Notes: generated from the letters alone by a model not told the origin. A stretch of 62,730 nucleotides of DNA, filler included, from Choristocarpus tenellus KU-1152 (GCA_964200185.2; 9 parts of 9 records of this genome joined end to end with filler, not necessarily neighbours in it), one strand, 5' to 3'; shown: positions 40,831 to 55,141, counted from the whole stretch's first letter. Program-made: numbers and translations.

Positions 40831-41243
40831 ATATATATATATATGTATACATGTCGTTATTAGCCCGAAAGAAATAAAATATCCTAAACATAAGAACACT
40901 ATAAAACATTGTAAGTGTGGAAACCACTAATCAGTTACTTCACTACTATCAAATATTGTACTGTCTTCCTTATCCTTCCCCTCTACCTACTCCTGTGCCC
41001 CCGGGGGGGGGGAGCTAAGGAAGCATCTCATTGGCGTGTGCTGTCGTACCTGTCCCCCTGCCCTGGGGCAGATCATATCCTAAACATAAGAACACTATAA
41101 AACATTTGTCTGTTGTTATACGGTTATTGCTATATCCCGTATACCGTTATACCATGGATGGTACCGTTGTACCGATTGAGGTTATTCGTCAAGCATCCAT
41201 GATTCCACGGGCGGACCTTCCATCAGAATGAAACCATGGAATC

Positions 41244-42651
41244 TATTTTATTATTATGCCCTCTGACATTTTGCGGATGTGTCAGGGGGAAACCAATGAA
41301 AACTATATACATATGTGTATATAAAATGTCCTAAACATAATACTATAAGGAATGTCTTCACAAGACCAACCCCACACACTTGGGACTGCTCGTCATTCAG
41401 AATTGTCACACATGAAAGATTCACTTTGTTCTCACATCTTGACTGTGGTGATGAAACCCCCTCCCTGAAGATGCTCATCACTCCTCAATTTTCCCTGCAA
41501 GTCCTTGCAGTCTTGCACTTTTCCAACCTTAATAACCTCGTCCTCTCGGTTACGGTTCGTCTTGGTTCGTCTGGTCCGTCTTGGTTCGTCTGGTCTGTCT
41601 TGCCTGGTGATTCTCTTCGCCACCCTTACTTACCTGAGTGAACCACGCCGCCACAAAATCACACGATTCACAATATTATTCTTCCCTTAAGTATGAAAGT
41701 GTATGATTTGGGAATAAATGGTGTAATAATATATATTGAGATGAACAATGGAATAATATAGTGCTGAGGAAAAAAAAAACATATAGTGGCCTGACCAATC
41801 GTAAGACGGTAACGGAAATAATGATAGGATGGTGTGGGAGTGAATATCGATCTTACCCACATATAAATCATCATTCCTTCGAGAATTAGAGGAGAGAGAA
41901 CTGGATATCTTTTTTAGGAATAGAGAAAAGAAATAATCTCATCTATATTTGTTCTAAAATATGGATGATATTATTTTGTCCTCTAACATATGTAGTCGAA
42001 AGTCAACCCTTTCTCAGTCACAAGGTCCTAAAATATGGTCAACAGAAAAAGCTAGATGAATAATAGGAATAGTTATTTATTACCCTTGAATAAAAAACGT
42101 TAACACCTTCACTGTCGAAAGCTTGGGACATCTTGACACAAAACCCAAACCTTTTTTTAATGATGTAGCGCCCACTCTTGTTGGAGTAGGTAGGAAGGGG
42201 CAGAGGGTTCTAGTCAAAAGGGAGATTTAAAATCAGAAGCGATCATGTCTAGAAGGCTTTTGCGGTATAGATCAGAGATTCCACACTGATGACGAAGGAG
42301 AGGCTTGATAGATTTAAGGGATTCTTCCCTTCAGTGTCATCAGGTTTCATTGAGTTTACTTTTTGTAGTTATTATCCTTTCGTTTACATACAATACATCT
42401 CTTGTGATTGGTGTGTATGTTACAACAACAATAAATTTCAACCTGATAACCAGACCCATCCACACAACCACGATTATACAGTATGTTGCGGTTTCGTTTC
42501 TGGCATTCTTTTTGTGTAGTCCCACCTCATTTTTAGTATCATTTTTTGTTGTGTTCTCCTGTTTATCTTTCTCATTTTGGTATTATACAATAACTCATTG
42601 GTTTCCCCCCTGACACATCTCCAAAATGTCAGAGGGCATAATAATAAAATA
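41244..42651. mobile_element. Non-autonomous DNA element, ~1.4 kb, with ~55-bp TIRs
   Basis: ATTTTATTATTATGCCCTCTGACATTTTG(C/-)GGATGTGTCAGGGGGAAACCAATGA and its inverse at ~42595-42651; no ORF; possible TA flanks. Confidence 0.7.
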
Positions 42652-43071
42652 ACTCCAACAAAATGAGGGGTAATATATTTTTTTGTTTCAGAAATTGGTG
42701 CAAGGGGAAGTCAATCTTACCGATATTTGTATTTGACCACATTTATCAATACATTTAGTATTACCAATATTTAATGTATATATTATACTACTCTTCTGCG
42801 TTATACAGAATTATTGTGGAATCCTCTGACAACAACATAATACATCATTACATCTACTTGGAACACAACATCAACACAACACCACCACTTCTCTACGATC
42901 CCAGCACCATCAAGCTGGGGCGTGCCCCGGCCCTCCAACTGGTGTTGGGATAGAGGATAAGTATCGGTCTACCTTTTTCGTGGGAAGTTGTTTGTTGTCA
43001 ATAGTGTTCTTGTTATAGATCGATTCGGGGCATGTCTATAGAGCCCCAACTTGATAACTTATTGTGAAAGG

Positions 43072-44203
43072 ATGATGGATTCCTTGGCATCCCTTCTTGA
43101 GGTGTTTGCCGAAGTTTGCCTAAACTTTGGTCATAAGCTGAAGAAGAGTATCTATACAGAACTAGTCGGCTTTGGGGAGAAGCGAGGCAAGGGACATGAA
43201 ATCGAACCATCGTCTCTGGGATGTCTTCAGGATGAGTTTGTTTCGCAGGACAGAGGCGGAATGCCAGCTAATCCCTGGTGCAACAAGCTCGAGTTCGCTC
43301 TGAGTGATTTCCTTTGCTCCAAATGCGTGGGAAAATCTGTAGACGACCTGGGTGTGCACGTGGATACCAATGATAGAACTGAAGATAACACACTGCATCC
43401 CTCGTCACTAGGAATTTGGACACGGTTTTCACAAAGCTCTCGCGAACCACTTCCCCAGCCGACAAGGCGACGCTCGTCCGACAAAACATTGGTCTTAGAC
43501 TTGGATGAGACACTCATCCATGCAACGAGATCTCCCTCAGGAGATGCAGACTTCGTTGTAGACCTATCACATAAATCGAGGAGCCTACCTTTTAAGGTTG
43601 GTAATCTGGGGAGAAAGAGTCGGAGCACAGGGCAACGTTACGTGCACAAGCGTCCCTACCTTAACGAGTTCCTGGCTGCCGTCTCGGAGCGCTTTGAGGT
43701 GGTTCTCTTCACTGCAGCAAGGGTCGATTTTGCAATGGCGGTGCTAGACAAGATAGATCCCGAGCGCAAGATGGTGGACCACTGCCTGACAAGGGAGAGC
43801 TGTATGCGGCTCGAACTAAACCGGTGTCGACGGCCAGCGGTCGTCAAGGACCTCGGAATAATGGGAAGACCCTTATCCAAGGTGGGTTCGACTAATTTGG
43901 TTGTAGGTGTAATGTAGAGATAGATCCTTGATTGCAGAACGGAGGTGGGCAATTATCCCCGCTTTCGTTCCATGACATGCCTTGAGGATCCACAAAGAGA
44001 GCGTCCGTCCCCATTGATGATCGATTTTTCCTTTAGCAGGTGATCATGCTCGACAATTCTCCAAAAGTGTATCGTTATCACCTCGAAAATGGTTTGCCGA
44101 TCTCGAGCTGGTATGGGGAACCTACGGATCGGGAGCTGCTGTCTACATTGGTGTTCTTGGAGGATCTGAAGGGAGCGAGTGATGTGCGAGATGAGATAAT
44201 TAG
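43072..44203 (+). CDS. SCP/CTDSP/Nem1-like CTD phosphatase (NIF domain, HAD superfamily)
   Basis: Exons 43072-43881 and 44040-44203. KTLVLDLDETLIH (DxDxT), YVHKRPYLNEFL, EVVLFTA, VKDL..GRPLSKVIMLDNSP, LPISSWY...DRELL. Start codon and final exon uncertain. Confidence 0.9.
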
Positions 44204-45796
44204 GTGTGTGTTCACGTTCAGTTTTGAGCTACGGTTGGAAAAGCGAACTAAAATGTGCCTTTCACTACAGCAAGAAATTTCATCAGCTAGCTGGTCGTTG
44301 GCGTTTCAAATAGGAGCAACCAATGCAAATAGCCAGGCACCCTTCAGACCATTCATTCGCCATTGCCCCACCAGCAATCACTCATGTTGATCTGTTCTAC
44401 TCTGCCTTGAAATATGAAGCTATCAAGTAGGGTTGCTTGTGCCTGGCGTTTGGTAAAGTGCGCGTTCAGTGGTATTTTCTTGCAGTAGATGGAGAAGAGT
44501 TTGGTGCGTCCTCGGGCTAAGTTACATGAGATGGGCCTGTTAGTATCAGCGATCAGCAAAGAGATGGGCCCCACATCATAACGAGAATTGGGATCAAAGC
44601 TGAGGCCCTGCATGCACCCTGATTGCATTCATTGCTCCAGTTTTATTGCGTGCTGTGGTGGTTTCCGGCCTGGTCTTAGGCCTTGCAGTACGAGAAAATG
44701 CGAAATTCGAGGCACAAGCTGTTTTTATACCCCCCTTGTTGCAGGGTGATGTTCCTCAACTACGATGCAGAGGTGGTGGATCTCTGAATCTTGCTATCCC
44801 ACTGCTGACCTTTCACCTTTCAGGGAGAACATGTCATCACCTGCGGTGGTAGACTTTTGCACACTGAGTTTTAACAAGCCAATTTCAAAAGCTGAAAGGA
44901 ACAATGAAGGAACCTGAGCACGAGAGCGCGTGGGAAACCCCTGATCGTACCTTTTGTATTATTCGGTGACTCTGCTGTAGCAGGGGCAAGATAAAAATGT
45001 TTGTGATCCTACTCTTGTGCTCCAACTCAGCCCACCCAAGAGCGTTCTTGGCACGTACCAGTGTTCTCCCCGCCTAGGATTTTTGCCTACCCAGATGCGC
45101 GACAGTACATGATCTCGTGTAGGGCCTGCTCTTGTCTTGATAGGCTGTCTCCCTCCTGTCTCCCTGACACTCTCCTTCCCGCCAAACTGCGCTCATTCTT
45201 TTGGTACCTAACTATAATCAGGGCGTACATTCGGCGCCAATCTTCTAAGGAGAGGCGAGAGAGGCGAGCTCTAAAGCTGGATGCAATAAAATCATGGGGA
45301 AGTCCGACCCCTGTGTTCCTCTCAACGGAGGGCCGAAGCTTCTGAGAAGAAGTCTCTCTCTGTCTCGGCATTTGCGTAACTGTATTTTCAGGAGGAGGTG
45401 GGTAGGGTGTTCCTATTCCGCTTTCGCCGTCGGTTTGCCAATGGGTAGGGTGCCCTCTCCCTGTTCATCGCCACAAACCACGGGTTCCCCCCTCGAGTCT
45501 GTTGTTTCCCTTGTGTTTAATCCATCTCCTCCCAGGTGGGTTAAGTGTGTGGGACTTGCCGTGACCTTTTTTGTTCGGTGGATGTGCCCTGAATACCAGT
45601 TGTAGATATTGTTTCGTCTTCCCCCCCCCCGCCCCCCCCCCCCCCCCTCCCCCCCTCTTCCTCCGTCTTCTTTGTTTTTTTTGTTTTTCTGTTGTGNNNN
45701 NNNNNNNNNNNNNNNNNNNNNNNNNNNNNNNNNNNNNNNNTTAATTAATTAANNNNNNNNNNNNNNNNNNNNNNNNNNNNNNNNNNNNNNNNNNNN

Positions 45797-46600
45797 TGCC
45801 CTGGTGGTGGGTGCAACGAGAGCAACAGTAAGTGCATGGTAGGCCTCTTCGGTCATCCAGATATCATTCGCACTGAAGCCGTCCGAGAGAAGTTCTTCGT
45901 AGGAGCGTTCTTGATTGATTGGTCTTTCACTTGTCAACGCATCCAAACAGTGGGTATATCGGCAATGCAGGATGAAACGCCTCCGCCAGTCCCGGTAGTC
46001 CGAGTCGTCCAATAGTTTCAGTGGTTGGGTTCTCGATCTCTTCGTTGTAGGGCGAACAATATGTGCACCTGTCCCCAAGCTCTCCGAAGAACGGGACCTC
46101 TGGCTTGCTCCAATTCTGATGCTCCCAGTATCCAAACTGTTTCCCCTCTCTGGGAAATTTTCCCTCAACGTGGGTTCCATAGGACCCACTTCGACTGGTA
46201 CGCCTCCAGCCGAAGGCCGTGCACAGCGGCCTGGATGACGGGATGATTTCCGTCGCCGACTCTTTCAGACTGAACCATGAGATTGCCAACGTTTCTTGAC
46301 AACTCTGTTACCGACGCCATAAGCTGTGTCTGAATTCTTGGACAGATGGGCCCTCGGAAGGAACAGGTTCCCGCAATTCTTGAATCGCATCTCTTCGTGT
46401 AGACATGATGAAGTGATGGGTGAAACCCTAAGGTTCAATATATTGTGTTAAAGTATTCCTAAAACCATCAAAGAGGATAACGGTGATAAACCCGACGAGA
46501 TTGCTTGATGTCTGTAGAGTGATTGATTAAATCTAGGTGGGGCATGCAAGGCCCCATAATATCAGAAACATTTTATTTTATATGAGAAAGATTCTCCTTC
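45797..46600 (-). mobile_element. 5' part of a Copia element (PBS-like region and gag start), paralog of 1-910
   Basis: Reverse complement closely matches 1-412 plus 787-910; gag ATG at 46406; PBS-like TTATGGGGCC near 46550-46560. Confidence 0.88.
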
Positions 46601-47907
46601 AACTAATCACTAGTAAACGGTTCTGATAACTCAACCACTAATTGATTGTTCCGTTACTCTGTAACTGTCCGCGTAACTGTCCGATAGAGTTGGAAGAGTC
46701 TAATCGAACACTTGGAACGACCTTGCCTCTTGGTTATTGAATGAGAAAAGCTTGTTTGCACCATTGGCGAGCGTGCTGCGAGTGGTGCTGGCTCGGGAAT
46801 AACGCGAGTCCACGCCTGATCTCCAGATCAAGACATTACTAGAATGCTTAAAGAATGATCTTAGCACCGAGCACACTCTCCAGGTATACAACTCCATCCT
46901 CGTCAGCATTGCTCCAGATGTTGAAAAATACTAGATAACGGGGTGACATAAACGTTTCAACCTCTTCTGTCCGTCACAGGAAGAAAATACGACATCAAGG
47001 TCGAAATACTAAGGTCGTCCGTGAAGAAACGCACGGAATTCTTGCGAGATATGCGGCGACAGACGCGTCCCTCTGCAATGCCTGCCAAGGTCGCTGGAGG
47101 ATCGTCTCCCAGATCCGATACTCACGCCCTTCCGTGCTCTCCACAAGGCACCACCCGGAGGTATGGAAGTTCCTATTCACCAACCATTAACGGTGTAATA
47201 CACACAACTTCACCCCCGGCCTAACACATCCCCTGTATGTCCAACAACAATTTAATCATTAAAAGATGCTTGGATGATTCTTTATATCATGGTGCGCAAC
47301 TGACACCCGTCCCACATGTTCCATCGTTACCTCAGACAAAATGACAGACCAAGGGTATTCGACGTGGGAAGGGAACGTTCCTGGCGACAGTTCGATGTGC
47401 AGCATCCTGATGCACATGTTCTTGGGATCACGGTATATGGAAGAGCAATATCATCACCATGCCCCATGATCCGATCACGTCTCATTATTCCACTCAGGGC
47501 ATGTACTACTTGGACCCGCATATGAACAAGAGGGTTGCCACCTGGATGCACCGGGTCAACAGCACGCTCAGAGGTACTCCACACTAGCGACTCGCATCGT
47601 TACAAACGTTGCGCATATCACCCATTCACACTATGGATGAATCATTTTTACATGTCTATCATCGACCAACGAAACTTCAACATAATACGACATTTACAGG
47701 GTGCAACTGACGTGACAGCAGAACGCAGGTTGGGACAGATGAGGATGTCTATGCCAACTTCAGGGAGAGATTCAAACTGGAGGGAACGTCAGGACCACTA
47801 CCCCGTCTGTCGACATTCGTGAAGTGGAGACCGTTCTACATCACAAAGGCCATGTCAAGGTATGTGCGGAAATAGTCTTTCGATTTTTGGGACACACGCT
47901 ACAGTGA

Positions 47908-48164
47908 GAGTGAAAGTATCTTAGGGGTACAAGTTTTGCCCTGTTTGTCCGTTTGGGGCCTGGCTTTCCACAGGTTTTTATTGACATTTTCCTACTCCGA
48001 AATTTTTTGGAGTAGGTAAAATGTTTACCTTATGAAAGGTTGTGTCCAGAACAAGGATATTGACACTTCGTTGCAAACACGATAGCCAAAATTATGTCAA
48101 GATCGCAACATTGGATTTTGGCCCCCAAATGGACGCGGCTCTACTCTCTCATGTAATTTCACTC
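47908..48164. mobile_element. MITE family A, copy 7
   Basis: TIRs present; TSD TGA/TGA. Confidence 0.9.
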
Positions 48165-49357
48165 TGATGTTCGGGTAAGTCTATGGTAAATTTAATACGA
48201 AACAGTGCTGCCTGTCCAAGGTGGTCCTAACCGCCACAGGCTACCCAGTCACATACCGCATCATCCGTCTCCACACACAGGGGGTGCTAACCCACCGTCT
48301 CNNNNNNNNNGACCTTCAGGTTCAGTGCCTGATAGAAAACTGGAAGAAAGTACATGCGAGGACGATCATTGGCGATGATGGACAACCAGCTTGTGCATGC
48401 ACATGCGCATTCTGCGACAAAGGCAAGGATGCGGCTCTGAAAACGTGGAGGCCGCACTCAAAAGTGCTGCTAATATGATGACCTTCTTGCTGTAAGTTTA
48501 TGTGCGAACCACACCCACAACGTGGCTAATGTGTCAGCATGATGAGCTGGAGCAACAACCAAATAATCAACACACTGTAGAAACACATACTATATACTTG
48601 CTCTCAAACCGTTTCGCCCCGTCCTCTAAACATGTGGCAGTTACAGCCCGGACATGTGATCCGATACTCGGACCTCTACACTGGCACGTGCACCAAAAAA
48701 CACTTTTGGACTAATCGAAACAAAACAGATCCGAGAGGACCGTGCTGGAGCCCCTCAGCGAACCATCCTCTGGCAGTTCCTTGGGCGGTTTCAAAAATTC
48801 TTGTGTCGACGGTACATGTGACAAATATGACTGGAAATCTCATCCGATCTGGAAATGCCCTTGTATGTTGGACTCACACAGCACCCGTGTCACATGGAAC
48901 GAGTTCGTCCATGTATACACCCCGGTGGTGGAGGCGGACCTGCAACGAAAGACTTCCCCGGAGATCAAGGTTTGCCTTATATATACGCACGGCCATTAAT
49001 ATCGTTTAGATGTTGTTGCACCTTTCCAGTTCCACCCTCACGCCAAGTCCAGGACGGATACAGCAACTGACCTACCACCAGTCGCGCATATCCCCATGTC
49101 AATATCTCGACCACCCTCCCATGCTGCAATAAATTCCTATCTCCTTGTACACTGCTGCCACGGCACTGTTCTCTAGACTTGGCATCTCCGCCCCCGGCAG
49201 GGCCACCAAAGATGAAATTATCCAGATGATCAAGGCAAAATATTCAGAGCTGAGGGCGGATAATCTCATGACCGACGATTTGATTCTCGCTAAGTGCATG
49301 GTAGGAGAGTCTGCCCCCGACTTCAGGAGGAACAGATCCGAGGAGAACGATGACGAA

Positions 49358-49618
49358 GAGTGAAAATATCTTAGAGGGTACGCTTTTTGCCTTGTTTGTC
49401 CATTTGGGGCTTGGCTTCCCATGGGTTTTTTTATTACGTTTTACGTACTCCAATATGCTTTGGAGTACATAAAATCTATACTTTATAAAAACTTGTGTCC
49501 GGGACAAGGATATTGACACTTCCTAACAAACATGATAGCCAAAATTACATCAAAATTGTAACATCGGATTTTGGACCCCAAATGGACACGGCTCTACCCC
49601 TCTAAGATAATTTGACTC
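49358..49618. mobile_element. MITE family A, copy 8, inside the Sola-like transposase region
   Basis: GAGTGAAAATATCTTAGAGGGTA ... CCTCTAAGATAATTTGACTC; TSD ambiguous (GACGAA/CACGAA). Confidence 0.9.
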
Positions 49619-50680
49619 CACGAAGACACACAGGGTCTAAAGACAAGCATAACCGGAGGCAAAAGGTGAGCGAAAGCCTCCTTCGGGTGAAAAGATAGTG
49701 TACATTTCATGTGTCAAGACGTATTCGTAAAGTTACGGGCAGATACTCCCACCCACATCACCGAACATTTGCGACTACACCGCAACAGAGCCTGCATCAC
49801 TACGACTTATCACCAGCTCTAACGTTCGAAACGTGACCACCTGGCCCATTCAACGCAGGTGCTGTTTCCACGGACGAAGGGATTCCCTACACTCGTAAAG
49901 GTCATCTTTGCAAACTTTGATAAGAGCTTCTTCCTTCATCACAACACCACCATTGGGCAGGCGCAACAATACAAATACTGCAAATCCCGCCTCCCCAAAG
50001 GACACGTTGCAATGTTCATGGACTTTAGTGCCCACCTTCAACACAATCACCAAGACTGGACACAACAAGAGTACTTCAATCTATTCTTCACAGCGCTTCT
50101 GACCATTGTTTGGTGGTTGAGGGATCTCAGTGACGAGGGAAATCTTGGGAAGGGAAGGGTTTGGACTCACAGTATTACGGTGTGTAGTGAGAACTGAAGC
50201 CAAGACAAAGAGTTCGTCCAGAACGCTGTGGAGATGTTTGTGAAAGACCGCCTAATACCTCTAGCATGGGAATACGGACAGACCCTATAGGTCCTCCACA
50301 TCTGGTTCGATGGGAAATGTGGTGGGTTTCTCAGCCTTTGGCGCGGATGGGAATTTCCGTAGTACATATCTTTGCCTCCAGTCACGGCAAGTCCTTGTCC
50401 GATGGAGTCGGGACTGTGGTGAAGTCTGCTCCTGGAGACTAGAACTAGACAGGGTGCGCATGCCAGGAACCTCATCTCTAGTGGAGACAATCAAGGCAAC
50501 CAAACACAATACATCTTGAGGGATCCAACACCAGAGAGAGGAAGAGTGGCACTACTGCAAAGGCCATAAGGTTCCTCTCGGATAGGCAATCGTGACAAAG
50601 ATAGGCACCCTCAACATGACGATCTCCCCCACTCACAATGATCGGCCTCTTTTTCCCACTGGTTACAACCCTAACCCGCA

Positions 50681-52045
50681 CGCCTCTTGCCCACCTATAC
50701 ACCAAACACGCAATAGATATCGTTGAAAATTATGTCACATTCCTGACTCCCTTTACGTCGACACCACGCACAGCTTGAGAATCGCACATACGCACTTCTC
50801 AATCGACCACAGACCGTCTGCGCACACTTACAATCATCGCCCTTCATTTTGCGTAAGTCTGCCAACCATCAAACTCGCGCAAAACTTGAAGTTATTCATT
50901 TCTTCCCCATCTTAACGTCAGTCATTTACCAAACACAAACGTTACAGGAATAGGTAGCACATTTACTACGTGATCACCCCCCCCCTCTCACATTAATCGG
51001 CCTCTATCTGCCGCTGGCGACAGACTTCCCCCCTCCTGCCCCTTGTCCACCTATATACTATACACGCAATATATATCGTTGAAAATTTTGTCACATCCGT
51101 GCCGTCCCTCTACGTCGACACCACGAGCAGCGTGAGAATCGCGCGCACGCACTTCTCAGTCGACCATAGACCGTCCGTGCACACTTGCAACCATCGCCCC
51201 CAATTTTGCATAATTCTGCCAACTGGCAAACTCGCGCAAAACTCGAAGTTATTAGTTTCGTTCCCGTATCAACGTCTGCCATGTACCCATCACTTATTAC
51301 AGGGATAGGTAGCACATATTCTATGTGCACGGTCCCCCCCATTCACAATAATTGGCCTCTATTTGCCGCTGGCGACAGACTCCCCTCTATCACCCCTTGT
51401 CCACCAATACACTATACACGCAATAGATATCGTTGACCCATTATGTCACATCTGCGCCTTCCCTTTACGTCGACACCACGCGCAGCATGAGAATCGCACA
51501 TACTCACTTCTCAATCGACCGCAGACCGTTTGTGCACACTTGTAATCATCGCTCCCTATTTTGCATAAGTCTGCCAACCGGTAAACTAACCCAAACACAT
51601 AAGTTATTGTTTTCTTCACCATATTAACGTCTGTCATTTACCAAAACACTTGTTACAGGAAATATGTAGCACACATACTACATGCACGGTCCCCCCACTG
51701 ACAATAATCGGCCTCTATTTGCCACTGGTGACAGACTCCCCCCTACCGCCCCTTGCTAACCCATTAATAAACATGCAATAGATATCGTTGACCCATTATG
51801 TCACATCCGTTCCCTCCCTTCACTTCGACACCACTCGCGACGTGAGAATCGCATATACTCACTTCTCAATCAACCGCAGACTGTCCGTGCACACTTACAA
51901 TCATCGCCCTCTATTCTACAGAAGTCTGCCAACCGTCAAACTAACCCAAAAGTGTAAGTTAAAACTCTAAGTTATTTTTTTCTTCCCCATATTAACGTCT
52001 ATCATTTACCAAACACTTGTTACAGGAATAGGTAGCACATATCAT
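50681..52045. repeat. Tandem array of ~355-bp units, ~3.8 copies
   Basis: Anchor CAATA(G/T)ATATCGTTGA at 50711, 51067, 51421, 51776 (periods 356, 354, 355); units diverged but colinear. Confidence 0.93.
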
Positions 52046-55000
52046 CCCAAAGAAAATGCCATCACATCGAATCGGTCACAGGACGCTCCCTCCGTACCAG
52101 CACCGATTCAAACACGTACCACCACCCCTCCCCGTATAATACACACAATAACTATACCCCTTAGGATGGGACGGATAGGGGACAGAATACCGCTCAGTAA
52201 CACGTCTACGAAACTTCCACACATCGACACGTTCAGAACCCAGGAGATAGTCCACCTTCCGGCTTACAAGATCGACCGCGCTGGACGACACGGCCCACGT
52301 GCCCCCAACCTCAGTGGCCTAAAGTCCATGCACAGGTTCTTCACTGGTCAAAGCACCACCGGAGACTCCCGTACATTGGTATAGACCAAGCTGTCGTGCT
52401 ACTGCACGAACTGTTCCATCGGCAACCTGGTCCAATGCAGGTGGCAACTAACCCACTTGCCCCCACTTAAGGAGATAGACCTCGGATTTTCCACAGAAAC
52501 AGGAACGGGCGATATGTATCTGAGGAGCCAGCTGTCGAGGACGAAGAGACAGCTCGCATGAGGGGAACATATGCATTGTACGGACGCAGTCATCGGAGTA
52601 CAATGGTCTAGAGTTCTTGCTGTTCACTGTGCACCGCAAGGACACGATTCAATGGAATGCCAGGCACCACTCCAGCTACGGAGGGATGTTCATTGCTGGA
52701 GATGAGGTGGTCTTTGTCACAGAAGAGTTCAAGGTGCTGAGTGCCAGCTTTGTTGATGGAATGCCAACTATTTCCATATCACAGACGGACAAGGTGAGAA
52801 ACGCTTCTTGTTGTTACTAAGAGAACAGTGTTTCACACGAATCAATCGACGCTGTTGATATACAGATGTTACATATCCCCTAATATCCCCTCATACACAA
52901 ATAAAATCGTCCCATAACATCCAACCCTAACCTCCAAACTGCAGTTGTTCTAGGTGTATATTAATTCTCCTACTCTACAACCACAATCGTAAACTTTCAT
53001 AGAATATATTTTACAACCTCCATAGGGCCATAAGCGTATCCCATGCCTTCATTTCGCTTCCTAAGTGTATCCCATATCCAAATAATACTCTCCATTCCTC
53101 ACAACCAAAACAAACAACACCACTATACAACCAAACAAGGCCGTCACACGCAAACACATGCCAATAGTCCCATACACTAACACCGCCCCTGCAACGAACA
53201 CCTTCGTGGTGCTGCAGGACGCACAACAGGGTCCCCGCGTCGTGCCCCTTCAGCCTATCATCATCCTGAACTTCACAGACATTCACCACAACCACCTGGA
53301 CAACACATGCACGATCCTGCCTGGTCAATACCAGAGATTCACCTCAGAATCCAACACGCAATCCCTCGGTGGGATGCCTGGTCGCTTCTCAAGGAAACTC
53401 AGACTTGGGGACACATCCGACGCCAGGTTCGGCCGAGGAACCAGCTTCATCCTATGTGCGAGTGGGGGGGCTATCGTATAGGGGAAGGTCAGCGATGTTC
53501 ACGTAGACGGTTCAGGGGCGTACATTTACTCGGTGTCCTACCTTTCCAGACGACGGCGAAAAATCTTTCCCCCCTCATCTGAGGTCATTCATGACAGAGG
53601 ACGAGATCGAGGAGGGTGTAGACTAACTTCGGGAGAAGAACAAGAGGGATAGTGTCGAGGCTGCAGCCCAGTGTGTCAGACAACGCTACCGGTCGATTGT
53701 TGGCCGCCAAGGGAAGCGTAGGAACATGGAGAAGGATACAGAGAAATATATACTCCTTGAACCGACCCTGAGGGCTGTGCCAGATTTAGATGAGAGAGAA
53801 GCGCTCAATGCCAGTGCCAAGGGCAGGGGACTATACTTCAGATGAGACGATCAGTGGATGCGAGGGACCATGACCAAGTACCAGCCCCACTACACGGTGA
53901 TCGTTGGAGAGGAGTGATTCAGCTACCCCTATTGGGTTATATGGGAGAAGGGCGACTTGCGAAATATCCAGCTTCTTGTCGAATGCTACAGCATAGATGA
54001 AGACGCTCCTACACGGGCCTGGTTTTGGACAGGTCCCACACTGTCGCCATACTGACGAGAGACATGGCTTTGAGGAGCTACCTAGTTCAATTCCTGTTCG
54101 TGAGTCACCCTCTACTTCGCCAATCAGGCACATGCCTCGACAGACATGGTGTGCTGGAGACGTCGGACGCTCTCTAAAAACAACGGGTTTATACAGTTGG
54201 TATCTTGGTTTTAATATTTCTTGAAGAGTTTGTGTCTATGTGTCCTCATACGCATGCTTTTATTGGCCTGGTGGCAACCTAGTTCTCATCTGGATTGGTG
54301 CATTCTGCCACTGTTCCCTATTACGTTTACTGCCGCCATGCCCCGTAGTACCCCCTCGGAAGAGACAAATAGCACCTCGCAATACGATATTTGATGTGTT
54401 TGTTCTACGACCAACCCTATTGTGATAACCCCATTCTACGACCATTGCGGCGCAATGGTTGAGTCTTCACTCACTCTGCGTGCTCTGAAGAACGCAGAAC
54501 CCTTCCCACCATAACCATGCACACTGTGCTAAGACCGTTGATCTCACACAACCAACCCTCCAATCTGTATGCAACATGGTGCAGACAACAATCGACTCTC
54601 ATTGTCTAACCTAACAACTGACCGTAACCCAAGTGCACCTGATTTGTCCAGGGACATCACCCGAAGTATGCAACTGACAAACCTTCTTCTGTTCATGGAT
54701 AGTGCTACTGATACACTATAGACACCACCAGTGGATATTAGAAAATAGGATGGAGAGCCAGTGATAGATACACCATATGCATTGACTCACTAGTGTCCAC
54801 CGATTTGTGTCATGTTTAAGATACACTTGCTATACGAAAGAGAAGTAAATAAGTGATTCATAGTAAATTAGTGTGGACGATTGCAAACCCCACACTACAG
54901 GAATAGTAATGGTAGTCTACACCAGTCTCATCGCACATGTTCAGTCAACGGAATTGAGACCAGAAGCCCCTTGTAAGTTAATGTTATATATATCTACATC

Positions 55001-55084
55001 AAGCTATTCATTGTCCTCTATATCAAGGCACACAGCCGCAGGTCCAGTGTGGAATATTTCAACAATAATGTTGAAGGACCTCGT

Positions 55085-55141
55085 CGGGTCCGAAACGGAC
55101 CCTTATTTACAAACCACCCCCCCCCCCAGATAGTTTCACCC
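55085..55141. mobile_element. Solitary right TIR of family-B type, downstream of the Sola-like transposase
   Basis: GAAACGGAC...(C)nAGATAGTTTCACCC, the same architecture as MITE ends. Confidence 0.65.

Larger units (their letters stand above)
48300..53600 (+). pseudogene. Decayed, intron-containing Sola (Sola2-like) DDD transposase
   Basis: Ordered motifs: CxCxxC (~48390), CVDGTCDK, FFLHH..QAQQYKYCKSRL..VAMFMDFSAH..QDWTQQEYF (D at 50021), HSITVCSE..QDKEFV, HIWFDG (D at 50309), HGKSLSDGVGTVVKS (D at 50401), SGLKSMHRF...LSCYCTNC (~52310-52415). In-frame stops present. Confidence 0.75.

Noticed and set aside
5537-44203. Functional gene cluster (desaturase, P5CDH, kinases, ThrRS, phosphatase)
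   Set aside because: The genes lie on different contigs joined artificially.
1-46406. Large inverted repeat formed by the two Copia gag copies
   Set aside because: Separate contigs with arbitrary orientation; just two family members.
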